DNA of 64,000 bases from Macrostomum hystrix (taxonomy: Eukaryota > Animalia > Platyhelminthes): the NCBI GenBank assembly GCA_950097015.1, contig CATNEN010000038.1:15996001-16060000 (forward strand), in the 5' to 3' direction. Positions 50,735 through 61,671 of this stretch are shown one piece after another. The position numbers were made by a program, and so were the translations under genes. A model generated the notes under the pieces. It had not been told where the DNA came from. It saw only the letters and a program-made list of their open reading frames with translations, and searched no databases. Within the stretch, counting starts at the first letter, position 1; every line of letters starts with the position of its first letter.

Positions 50735-51259
50735 AGTACAATGTAAAGACTGTTTTCGAATATCTAATTTATCAATATTACTCTCATTTTAGTGGCTAAG
50801 GTAGTGAATTAAACAACTAACCAAATTTACATTGTCTCAGGTTAGAGTAACAGTTTAAACAGCTGAAACTTTCACTATAGTTCAAATGACCGTGTATTCG
50901 GTTTAAACAAATTTGATTTCTGACACATTTTCGTGTTTAGATTCTAAATTTGTTTTTATTCTTCCGATCTTTGAAATAAATTTTATTGTTGTTTTAAACG
51001 TTTATTACGAAAAACAAGAATTTTTTTCGCTGTTTTAATCAAGCATATAAATATAAGCAATAATAGTTTTTACTTTTGTGTTGTTAGGAATCATCTTGAA
51101 ATCCCCCAGTCGCCTTTAATCCAAATATTATTCCTAGATATACCTTGGGACTAGCTAAATCGTCCTTGATTGGCCAACAATGCTAAAATCCATTATTCCT
51201 TAAATCCCATAATCCTTAGTTCTGCTAAAACCCCTAAAGTCCCATAAAATCACACAATC

Positions 51260-51970
51260 CCAATTCTCCTGAAATCCTAATTCTCCTAAGATCCTAGAAT
51301 CCCCAAGTCTCCAGAAATCCCTGAAATCCGAATTCTCTTGAGATCCTAGAATCCCAAAGTCGCCAGAAATCCCAGAAATCCTAATTCTCCTAAGATCCTA
51401 GAATCCCCAAATCTCCAGAAATCCCAGAAATCCGAATGCTACTAAGATCCTAGAATCCCCAAATCTCCAGAAATCCTAATTCTCCTAAGATCCTAGAATC
51501 CCCAAGTCTCCAGAAGTCCCTGAAATCCGAATTCTCCTAAGATCCTAGAATCCTAAAGTCCCCAGAAATCCCAGAAATCCGAATGCTACTAAGATCCTGG
51601 AATCCCCAAGTCCCCAGAAATCCCAGAAATCCGAATGCTACTAAGATCCTGGAATCCCCAAGTCCCCAGAAATCCCAGAAATCCGAATGCTACTAAGATC
51701 CTAGAATCCCCAAGTCCCCAGAAATCCCAGAAATCCGAATGCTACTAAGATCTTAGAATCCCCAAATCTCCAGAAATCCCTGAAATCCGAATTCTCCTAA
51801 GATCCTAGAATCCCCAATTCTCCTAAGATCCTAGAATCCCTAAGTCTACAGAAATCCCAGAAATCTGAATTCTCCTAAGATCCTAGAATCCCCAATTCTC
51901 CTAAGATCCTAGAATCCCCAATTCCCCTAAGATCCTAGAATCCCTAATTCTCCCAAGATCCTAAAATTCT
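51260..51970. repeat. ~53-bp composite minisatellite (CTAAGATCCTAGAATCCCCAAGTCCCCAGAAATCCCAGAAATCCGAATGCTA)
   Basis: Recurrent units with shorter derived variants. Confidence 0.9.
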
Positions 51971-53888
51971 CTTGAAATTATTTTAAATTTCCGAATATCC
52001 CTGAATTCCGAAAGTGAATTTCTATTTTAAATCCGACAGTCGTAGGCTCAAATCACATCTCACAATCCGAAATTCTCCTGATATCCCACAATTTCTAATT
52101 ATTTTAACATTATTGCATTGCATCCTCATTTCTATGAAAGTCGCCGAATTCTCAATCCCTTGATATCCCCCCAGTTCGTTTTGTATTTCCCAAATGCATC
52201 GATGTTTTCTAAAAGACTTACAATTTTTTTAGCATAGGGGCAATGTACCCGATGCCTATGCTAAAAATACTTTGTAATAAGGTCGTACTCTCGTGATGTA
52301 TTTTTGTACTAAACGCTGCTAAATAGCCGCTTAGCCCCACACCAAAGCTTGTAGATTTTTGTTGCTTGTTACGAACCTAGTGTTATCTGTTTCATATTAA
52401 GTAGTATGTTGCGCATATTTGTAGTTTTTTTTTATAATTTCTCTATAGATGTTTAAGCCTTGAATCACTTCTTCAGATGATCTATGTTGTTTTATTAAAA
52501 AAATCTGACAACAAATAATGGATTGCTAATTATTTTCACTTTGTCATTAAAAGTAAATTCTACTTTCAATGTCTAGTGAGCCATACTAAGGAAGGAATTT
52601 TGAGGATAACAGAAAAAATTAGATGTTACATTTTCGACTGCATTTCTTCCATTGAATGTTGGTGTTCTTTTTTGACTAGCTGTTACTGTTGTGCTGTGCT
52701 GTATTTTACCATTAGAATTAGTTGATTTATAAATTGCAAAATGGAATACTCGTTCTTTATTTTCCTGCGCGGTTGAACAATAAAGTACGGATAGAGGCCT
52801 ATCCAGTTTGCATGCGATTCTTGCTAGCTATTCGCTTAGAGCCGTCTTGCCCCAGTTTGACTACTTAACGATTCGCACATAGTAAATATTAATTCTAGAC
52901 GTAGACATACTTTAGAAGTTTTGCTTACAAGATTTACAACTACGAGTAGTTGAATTTAAAATAAAATGCTGAACGATATGAAGAAATAGTTTCTAGCCAT
53001 CGATTCTTATTTAAAAGTTTTAACTAATTTTTACCAAAAACGCTATCTTTCTTTGTTTTGCTTTAGTTTTATTATTTTTTATTGGTGGCAAAGAATTATT
53101 ATTACTAAGCTATTATCTTTTTGCTATTAGTTATTTGCTTTGTTTTTCTACTAGAACTAACGCTTTAGAAGCATCGGTATTATACTTAAATCTTTCACAA
53201 GTTTACAACAATTATCTGAAAAAGATACCCGAGCTTTAGGTTAAAACTGTGTTTTTTTCTACTTTTAGTAGATATAAATGAGCATGGTGTTTTTTATAAC
53301 GGACAAGTGTGCTGCAACAAAATGAATAACAATTGAAAATAAGATCAAACCTTAAATTGAAAGTCTCTTTTTGTCTACAAAATTAGTAGAAATTTTGGAA
53401 CATGGTGTTTAATTTTAGTTTCAGTCCAAATTCTGCTTTTTACAATTACTAAAACCTCGCCAAACTTAATTATCAGATAACTGACTACAATTAGTCCTGA
53501 GTTTCTGGAGCACTCTGAAAGATTGAGTGAATCTAGTATCAGTTAAACGGCTAAAATTTTCATTATAAAAGAAGTCAGCTCTCAGATAATTTTTGTTTAA
53601 TTTACAATAACAAAATGAATAACCAATTTTAAGAAATTATTTATTAAGTGCACCAATCGAATATTATTTAAAGGACCGTTAAAGTGTACTTAAAACTTTT
53701 TTTGTTCTCGAAGAATGATGGATTTTTTTTGTTAAACTTGGTCGTACATGATTGACATAGTGACATGTCTACCTATAACTAAAGTGAGTTCCTCATCGCT
53801 TTGCATAAGATTATATAAAAGCCAGCGCAAAATAGACAGTGTCTGTTTGCGCTAGAAGAAAACGCATTCATTCTCTAGGCTTTCTCCC

Positions 53889-53902
53889 GTTGCCATGGTT
53901 AC
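53889..53902. promoter_or_regulatory. Candidate RFX X-box GTTGCCATGGTTAC
   Basis: Close match to the palindromic X-box GTTGCCATGGCAAC; target gene not identified. Confidence 0.35.
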
Positions 53903-55432
53903 TTATGCAGCCTAGTCGAGAAAATCTTTCAGCTACGTTTTAGCGCCGCCTCTATAGAGAGAGCGAGTGAGAGTAAGGACTTGACGGCGACATGCAAGCC
54001 CCCAGGTTCCTGCGGGCCATTCATACCCTAGGGAATTTAACCCCGGGAGATGGAATCTGTACGGCGTTCTTAAAAGTGCATCCGTTTTTTTGAGTCGACG
54101 CGTGCTTCCTGCTCTAGTGCTCTGCCCGCGCTTGCAGACAAGCTGGCATTGTTTTAAAGCATTCGCTTGTGCAGCTTTTCGGTTGCTATGCAGTTTTTGC
54201 TCAGAAAAAATTCTCAACCGTGCCGTCCATTACTACCAAGCTTCCGCCCCAAACCCGCTGCTCCCATTGATGAATGCAGGTAGCTGAGGACCAGTGAGGG
54301 GTTGCTGCGCAGCAACAGTGGCGTACACCTTTTACACGTAGGCCATTGGTGTGTACTCTTTCAGTTCTCTGTACAAAAACTAGGGTAGAATGGATGGAAA
54401 GCATTTCTTGTGCACATCCTGTCCGCGCGAGGGTGCTGCTGAAAATGATGACGGAAATCCTATTTGGAAAATTATTATAAATTACGTTTCATTTTAAAAC
54501 AGCATTGAGCATTGATATTGAGAACGCTTGGGTCAACATTGCAGAGTGGGTAATAGCAATAGACATCAGTCAGCTCTTTACATAGGTGAGTTGCTACAGT
54601 CAATTTATCAGTTCACTTTGATAATAAATAGATAATAAACATGCAGCCATACATCATTGCCGCTTTAAAACATAATTGATTGCCCTCCTGGGTCTTTCTA
54701 TCTAGATAGATAGAAAAATGTGGAATAGCACCTAGCCTAGTTGTTCTCATTATTATTTATTATTATCTTGGTTAATTGGACACATATTGCTTTTCCTTAA
54801 GTCCAGTACTCTGCCTTGGCCTGCTTTCTTGCGTTAAAATTTAGTATCTATTAGTCAAAACGAAGGTAGGTCTGCCGTAACGCAGGTATAACATTTACAG
54901 TTTATTTTTCAAACTGAAGGTCGCCACAGACGTACCTGCGAGGTTGCGCACGCAGGTATTGCGGTCGCGCGAGTTTTTCTGCGCTCGATCTATTTTTAGC
55001 TTTCCTATATGGTTCGGCCCAGCCTGGCCGTGTGTGAATTTGCGAATGCGAACAGGCGAGCGAATCGGAAACGCGCGATCTTAAATTCTTTCAACCCTTC
55101 CCTCACCCAGACGGTGGGGACAAAGGTTTGCAGAGTAATATTCATAAATTCTAGTCCTTACTAGGGGTTGAATGCTGTGTCTGCTTGGACTGAACATACC
55201 ACTGTCGCATGCCAATCAGAGGGCACAATCTGCTGTGTAAATACTTGTATTCGAAACCTTCAGATTAACAGCCTTATCTCAACTCCAAGCCATTACCTGA
55301 GCAGGCAGACCTTAAAAAGAAAAAATAGGCCACGCGATAGTGAATTATTGTTAAAAACTTAATCCTCTTCCAGCCGCACAACTTCTGCTTCTAACGTGTC
55401 AGGGCAAAGAAGTATTCAATTGCAAAGTAAAA

Positions 55433-56878
55433 ATGGTCGGTCACAGCATAGACAGTCATCACGACGCGCAATGTGGAACACAGGTCGCAACTAACGGTTC
55501 GACAACTTTGTTTTTATCAAAGAATTCACCAGAATCTGGCACAACAGACACGGAGTCCCAACAATCTCAGCTGAAAAGTGACGCCTCAGCTCGCCATCGA
55601 CGCTCAGTCGCAGTTGAAGCCAAAAGTACACTTCCGACTCGGGCAGAAGCGTTCAATGCGTACATGAAGTGCCACCCGAACGCCCAGCTCATCGGGATCA
55701 ACGGCGGCTGGTACGACATCGCCAAGTTCATCCCGAAGCACCCTGGCGGTCCCTTGATCGCCCAGTTCGTTGGCAAGGACGCCACCCCGGTGTTCAAGGG
55801 ACTGCACCAGAAGGACGTGCTCAAGCACATGCGACCAGTCGCCACATTCAAACCGGCCGACGATGATCCGGCAGCGGAGGCGTTCGCCCAGCTGCATCAG
55901 TTCTTCATCGAGCAGGGATTCTTCAAGACCAGCGCCCTGTGGTACACCGGCAAGATGGCATTCGCGGCCTCCATGCTGGCGCTCACCGTCTTCCTCATCG
56001 TTGGCTGCAGCTCCTGGTACTGCCACTGCTTGGCCAGTTGTAGTCTGGCGCTCTTCTGGCAGCAGTGTGGCTTCTTCATGCACGACTTCATGCACAGCCA
56101 AGGCTTCCACGAGCGCAAGATTGACAACTGGATCGGCCTCGTGTGCGGAACTCTCGGAGTCGGCGTCAACTGCTTCTGGTGGCAGGAGGAGCACTACGTC
56201 CACCATGCGCTCACAAACACAGTCGACTATGAGCAGGGCTTCCACGACCCGCAGATGAAGGAGGAGTCTTGGGCCCAGAACGAGAAGCTGTTTCCCTTCT
56301 TCACCAGCTGGCTGCAGCGCAAGCTCATTCCGATTCAGCACTGGACATTTCTACCAGCGTGCATCATTCTCGGACGGACGGCCATCATTTCCGGCGCGTT
56401 TAAAAGCGAGAAACGTCCGATCATGTGGCTAGCGGTGTTCCTGCACATTGCGTGGCTTAGTGCCCTCCTCTGCCAGCTGCCAACATGGAGTCAGGTGTTT
56501 GTCACCTACTCGCTGGCGTCAATGCTCGAAGGCATCTTGCACATCCAGCTGCTGGTCAGTCACTACTGCAAGCCGTTCTTCGAGCGCAAGGAGATCTGCG
56601 AAGAGACCAACTGGTACCGGATGCAGGTGCAGTGCAACGTCAACATCAAGAACCCGGTGTGGTTGGACTGGTTCCACGGCGGACTCAACTTTCACATTGA
56701 GCATCACCTGTTCCCGCTGATGCCGCGGCACCGCTTTCGGGAGGCCAGTGGTCACGTGAGGGCCGTCTGCGACCGACTCGGCATCGAATACGACGAGTGC
56801 TGCTGGACCACCGCGCTGGTGCGCACAATGCAACAGCTGAAGAAGGCTGCTGTTCTGTTTTCTCTGGATCCTAGGTAA
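55433..56878 (+). CDS. Cytochrome b5-fused (front-end type) fatty acid desaturase, copy 1, intronless
   Basis: 481 aa; HPGG heme motif, His boxes HDFMH, HYVHH and HIEHH within WFHGGLNFHIEHHLFP; hydrophobic membrane segments. Confidence 0.93.
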   Translation: MVGHSIDSHHDAQCGTQVATNGSTTLFLSKNSPESGTTDTESQQSQLKSDASARHRRSVAVEAKSTLPTRAEAFNAYMKCHPNAQLIGINGGWYDIAKFIPKHPGGPLIAQFVGKDATPVFKGLHQKDVLKHMRPVATFKPADDDPAAEAFAQLHQFFIEQGFFKTSALWYTGKMAFAASMLALTVFLIVGCSSWYCHCLASCSLALFWQQCGFFMHDFMHSQGFHERKIDNWIGLVCGTLGVGVNCFWWQEEHYVHHALTNTVDYEQGFHDPQMKEESWAQNEKLFPFFTSWLQRKLIPIQHWTFLPACIILGRTAIISGAFKSEKRPIMWLAVFLHIAWLSALLCQLPTWSQVFVTYSLASMLEGILHIQLLVSHYCKPFFERKEICEETNWYRMQVQCNVNIKNPVWLDWFHGGLNFHIEHHLFPLMPRHRFREASGHVRAVCDRLGIEYDECCWTTALVRTMQQLKKAAVLFSLDPR

Positions 56879-58507
56879 CAGACTCAACATCTACAGTCGT
56901 GACATGTGATATGTTACTTTCTTTCTCCGAATATCGAAAAGAGTATACATGGCTTTTGAGTGCCTGTCTTTGATTAATAGATTATTGAGTATGGAGGCAA
57001 TTGATGTTTTAGGCAATTGAACTCTTGAACTCTTAGGATTCAATCTGAGCTTCAAACGAATCTTAAATTAGTTAAAAGTGCACAAAACGTCGCGGCTTTC
57101 TCAAGCGTCTATGGTAAAAACACTCGCAAGTGAACTGTGGTATCGTTAATCGAAGGTTTCCGTTTGGCATAAAAAATTTGAGCTCCAGAGTTGGGTCAGT
57201 TATTTTTAGTCGGATATACTGCTTAATTGAAGAGCTTTTCGACTTGTTGACAATATTCTGCATAACTTCTATTGCGCCTTTTTACTGCAAATTTCACGGC
57301 GACCATCGTAAAAGCGTTCTTACGTTTTTTTGTAACTTTTGCTCTTTCAAATAATTTTTCTGTGTGTTTTAATTTTACGTTAGTAAAAACCAATACCTTG
57401 AACTCCCGCCTCATTCGTTAAAATGCAATTCCGTTTGGTTGCAAATGAACAATTTTTGTTTCACACTGACAAAGTCTCTATTGTTGTAAGATAGCTGTCA
57501 GTATAGCAGTTACCAGCATGACTTTTTCTCACAGTACTTTAGTTCATCTATCTTTCAGTAGATACAGAATTACATTGCAATTTAGTTTAGGCCTCCCAAT
57601 AATAGTCGCGGCATTGAACTGACTTTCTGATTTGATTACATATTTTATCTTAGTACTATTTTATTTAGACTTCTGTTTTGTCTGTCGGAGCGTTTTTGAA
57701 AACGAGTTTTTTATTCATTTTTTTTTCTTTTGTTTTGACTTTGCCTCAACAGCCTTAAACTCGATAGCTGATCGCTCCAAGATTCAATAATTAAAAAACA
57801 AGTCTTATTAAATATTCTCGGCCCTATTCTAATTTGACTTTTTATTTGATAATTAGATGTTTTGCAATATCGCGGTGTAATAAGTGTGAAAACAGCCTAG
57901 ACAAACCTACTGGAGCGTTGAGAGGTTTGCACTATAACTATTCTCTACCACTCAGTCAATAGTAGCAGCGGTGTAAATTGAGAGAAGTTGAACTTGCTGT
58001 AGGCGCGATGTCGCGCCGTTCCAAGCTGAATTCCCAGAAGAAAAATCACAAAGAGAAATTCAGGCCGGTTTAAATTGAGTAGATTGCTTAGAATATGCGG
58101 CTTCGCTCTATACTTGACCGAGGAAATGAGAGCGGAGTAGATTCGTTGAACCAGACGGCCAAATTACATGCAGCACTTGTCGTGACCAGGTCGTCAGAAA
58201 ATTCATGGATTAAGATTTCAATAAATCATTATTTTCTATTTTGAAAAGTTTCTATTTCAACACTAAACAGTTCTTTTTTGACACAACCTTAGGTTAGGTT
58301 AAAAAGTTATTTTTGTGACAACACTTTGACGGAAAAGGAAACAAACTAGCAATTCATTTTGCATTTCAATTTAGAAAAATTTTAGAACCTCAGTCCGCTA
58401 ATCCTTTAGAAAACGACTATGATTGACTTCTAATCAGAAACTTGCAGTGTGTTAGCGAAAACTTATCTCCTAAAAAGTTGATGAAAAAAACAGTTTCAGA
58501 TGATAGG

Positions 58508-59887
58508 TCATCTAGGATCCAGAGAAAACAGAACAGCAGCCTTCTTCAGCTGTTGCATTGTGCGCACCAGCGCGGTGGTCCAGCAGCACTCGTCGTATTC
58601 GATGCCGAGTCGGTCGCAGACGGCCCTCACGTGACCACTGGCCTCCCGAAAGCGGTGCCGCGGCATCAGCGGGAACAGGTGATGCTCAATGTGAAAGTTG
58701 AGTCCGCCGTGGAACCAGTCCAACCACACCGGGTTCTTGATGTTGACGTTGCACTGCACCTGCATCCGGTACCAGTTGGTCTCTTCGCAGATCTCCTTGC
58801 GCTCGAAGAACGGCTTGCAGTAGTGACTGACCAGCAGCTGGATGTGCAAGATGCCTTCGAGCATTGACGCCAGCGAGTAGGTGACAAACACCTGACTCCA
58901 TGTTGGCAGCTGGCAGAGGAGGGCACTAAGCCACGCAATGTGCAGGAACACCGCTAGCCACATGATCGGACGTTTCTCGCTTTTAAACGCGCCGGAAATG
59001 ATGGCCGTCCGTCCGAGAATGATGCACGCTGGTAGAAATGTCCAGTGCTGAATCGGAATGAGCTTGCGCTGCAGCCAGCTGGTGAAGAAGGGAAACAGCT
59101 TCTCGTTCTGGGCCCAAGACTCCTCCTTCATCTGCGGGTCGTGGAAGCCCTGCTCATAGTCGACTGTGTTTGTGAGCGCATGGTGGACGTAGTGCTCCTC
59201 CTGCCACCAGAAGCAGTTGACGCCGACTCCGAGAGTTCCGCACACGAGGCCGATCCAGTTGTCAATCTTGCGCTCGTGGAAGCCTTGGCTGTGCATGAAG
59301 TCGTGCATGAAGAAGCCACACTGCTGCCAGAAGAGCGCCAGACTACAACTGGCCAAGCAGTGGCAGTACCAGGAGCTGCAGCCAACGATGAGGAAGACGG
59401 TGAGCGCCAGCATGGAGGCCGCGAATGCCATCTTGCCGGTGTACCACAGGGCGCTGGTCTTGAAGAATCCCTGCTCGATGAAGAACTGATGCAGCTGGGC
59501 GAACGCCTCCGCTGCCGGATCATCGTCGGCCGGTTTGAATGTGGCGACTGGTCGCATGTGCTTGAGCACGTCCTTCTGGTGCAGTCCCTTGAACACCGGG
59601 GTGGCGTCCTTGCCAACGAACTGGGCGATCAAGGGACCGCCAGGGTGCTTCGGGATGAACTTGGCGATGTCGTACCAGCCGCCGTTGATCCCGATGAGCT
59701 GGGCGTTCGGGTGGCACTTCATGTACGAATTGAACGCTTCTGCCCGAGTCGGAAGTTGTGCTGCTGATGCTGCTATTCTGTTCCTACAATTTGCATGGCA
59801 GTGTTCCCTAATTGTGCCACGGTCTCCATCGACTTTCGCTGATTCCTCATTTGGCAGCTGCAGTTCACTGTTCGTCGGTTCTGTCAT
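58508..59887 (-). CDS. Cytochrome b5-fused fatty acid desaturase, copy 2 (inverted duplicate), intronless
   Basis: 459 aa; identical to copy 1 from LPTRAEAF to the end apart from one A/S change; unrelated N-terminus. Confidence 0.93.
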   Translation of the reverse strand: MTEPTNSELQLPNEESAKVDGDRGTIREHCHANCRNRIAASAAQLPTRAEAFNSYMKCHPNAQLIGINGGWYDIAKFIPKHPGGPLIAQFVGKDATPVFKGLHQKDVLKHMRPVATFKPADDDPAAEAFAQLHQFFIEQGFFKTSALWYTGKMAFAASMLALTVFLIVGCSSWYCHCLASCSLALFWQQCGFFMHDFMHSQGFHERKIDNWIGLVCGTLGVGVNCFWWQEEHYVHHALTNTVDYEQGFHDPQMKEESWAQNEKLFPFFTSWLQRKLIPIQHWTFLPACIILGRTAIISGAFKSEKRPIMWLAVFLHIAWLSALLCQLPTWSQVFVTYSLASMLEGILHIQLLVSHYCKPFFERKEICEETNWYRMQVQCNVNIKNPVWLDWFHGGLNFHIEHHLFPLMPRHRFREASGHVRAVCDRLGIEYDECCWTTALVRTMQQLKKAAVLFSLDPR

Positions 59888-59920
59888 TTGGCATCTTGGA
59901 CTCCTACTGCAACCGTTTTA

Positions 59921-61249
59921 CACTCAGCAACATTGAAAAGTGTAATACTCTCGCGCAAGTTGTATATTTAGAGTTTCAAAACTGGTTTTTGTCGCCAGAC
60001 TTGTGCCATAGACGATTGATGATTTCGTCAACACGCACTTGGGCCATAGACGCCAGACAAGTCGAAGGAAACATTCGCATGTAGCAGACAGCAGTCAGCT
60101 TACAGGAGTCTATGATCCACGTTCGCAACCAAACGGAATGGTTCGCCAAATGACCGACCTGGAACGAGCGCGCGCCGTTGGCATGCTGGACGCTGGGGTG
60201 TCCATCCGAGCTATTACTCGCCAAATTGGGCGGTCTCGCACAGCAATCCGCAAACTGCAGATCAAGTGCAGAGAAACTGGCAGCGTGGCGCTAGCCGGCC
60301 GGCGGCTCAATTTGCGCAGTACAACTAGGAGGGCGGACCGGCGATTGCTGCGAATGTCGAATGGAAGCCCCACATTGCCAGCCACCCTGCTACGGCTGAT
60401 GTGGGCTGAAAGAAGCAGGCGAGGGGATTTCTGAGCGCCCAAACCATCCGACGACAATAGCGGGAGTTGGGGCTGTGATCCCGTAAGATGCGCAAACGGC
60501 CACGCCTGACCCCAACCCATGTGGCCAGCCGGCAACAATGGGCAATGCAAAGGGTCCAGTGGAGGCAGCAGCAGTGGCGGCGAGTGATTTTCGCGGATGA
60601 GAGCCGCTTTCGATTGTTCCATGCCGACGGCCGCATTCGAGTGTGGCGCCAGCCACACCAGGAGATGCTGCCGCAGCACGTGCAAAACTCAGAGAGCTGC
60701 AGCTTCTATTCACGTGTGGGCAGGCATCACAATGCACGCAAAGACGGAGCTTGTGTTCCTGGATGCGACTGTGACTGCCGAGTCGTATTTGCCAATTTTT
60801 TTGCCAAGCCAACCTTCTACAGACGCTGCTGCCCTTCATTGATGCTTCATGTGGTGGCGTGGGGAACAGCGTCCTCCAAGACGACAACGCCCCACCGCAT
60901 CGCGCAGCCGTTGTGGTGCATCTGATGGACTGACTACTTCGGAATCACTGTCTACCGGGAATCACTGTCTACTGCATGGCAACAGCTACCGCAAGATTTT
61001 CTGCGACGCCTGGTTGTGGGTATGCCCGGAGAGTGTGCGCTCTGCTGCACGCACGTGGCTGCTGTACGCGTTACTGACCCTGTTCTGGGCCAGTTGGCAC
61101 CAGATGCTCGCGTACTTTCTTTGCTGTTCGTTTGCTTCGTTCGAATCCGGATTTTATATCTGTCTATGGCTAAAACCACAAATATCTCCACCTACCAAAA
61201 CGTTGACCCATCGTGCGCTAGGGTGGAAACTTTTCAATATTGCTGAGTG
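59921..61249 (+). mobile_element. Tc1-family transposon with disrupted transposase, ~21-bp TIRs, TA TSD
   Basis: TA|CACTCAGCAACATTGAAAAG ... CTTTTCAATATTGCTGAGTG|TA; HTH ORF from 60139 (MVRQMTDLERARAVGML), RVIFADESRF, QDDNAPPHRA in shifted frames. Confidence 0.9.
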
Positions 61250-61402
61250 TATATCTGGTGCAAATATTGCTTTTTGCAGACCATTTGATCCTTCGAGCAT
61301 TTAATTTAATCCACAGTGGCAAAATCAAAGCGTTTCAGGCCGATTTTCAAGTTGTCTATGGCCAAAAGTATGACCATAGAGCAATCGATTTGATCCTAAA
61401 GC

Positions 61403-61667
61403 TATATTGTACCATGACTACGTGGCTATCGGGCGGGCTGATATTCGATTATTGCCATAGACGATGTCATTTTGGCCCGAAAAGTTGGGCCGATAATGGA
61501 TTATTTTTGTGTATTTTAACGTATAGCCACATACTATAAGCCACATAGTCTATGGTACAATCACAGTATTACCCAGGCTTTGCGGGCGATAATGAGAAAT
61601 CCCTCGGGCGCCTTCGGCGTCCTCTGTCTTTCCCATTATCGCCCTGAAAGCCTGGGTAATAATATAC
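61403..61667. repeat. 265-bp double-hairpin module, left copy of a direct repeat
   Basis: Matches 63303-63567 with 2 mismatches seen; contains two long inverted repeats. Confidence 0.92.
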
Positions 61668-61671
61668 GATA

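Noticed and set aside
55567-56890. Overlapping antisense and alternate-frame ORFs on the desaturases (and on MOK, ACADM and the GPCRs)
   Set aside because: Expected shadow ORFs of GC3-rich coding sequence
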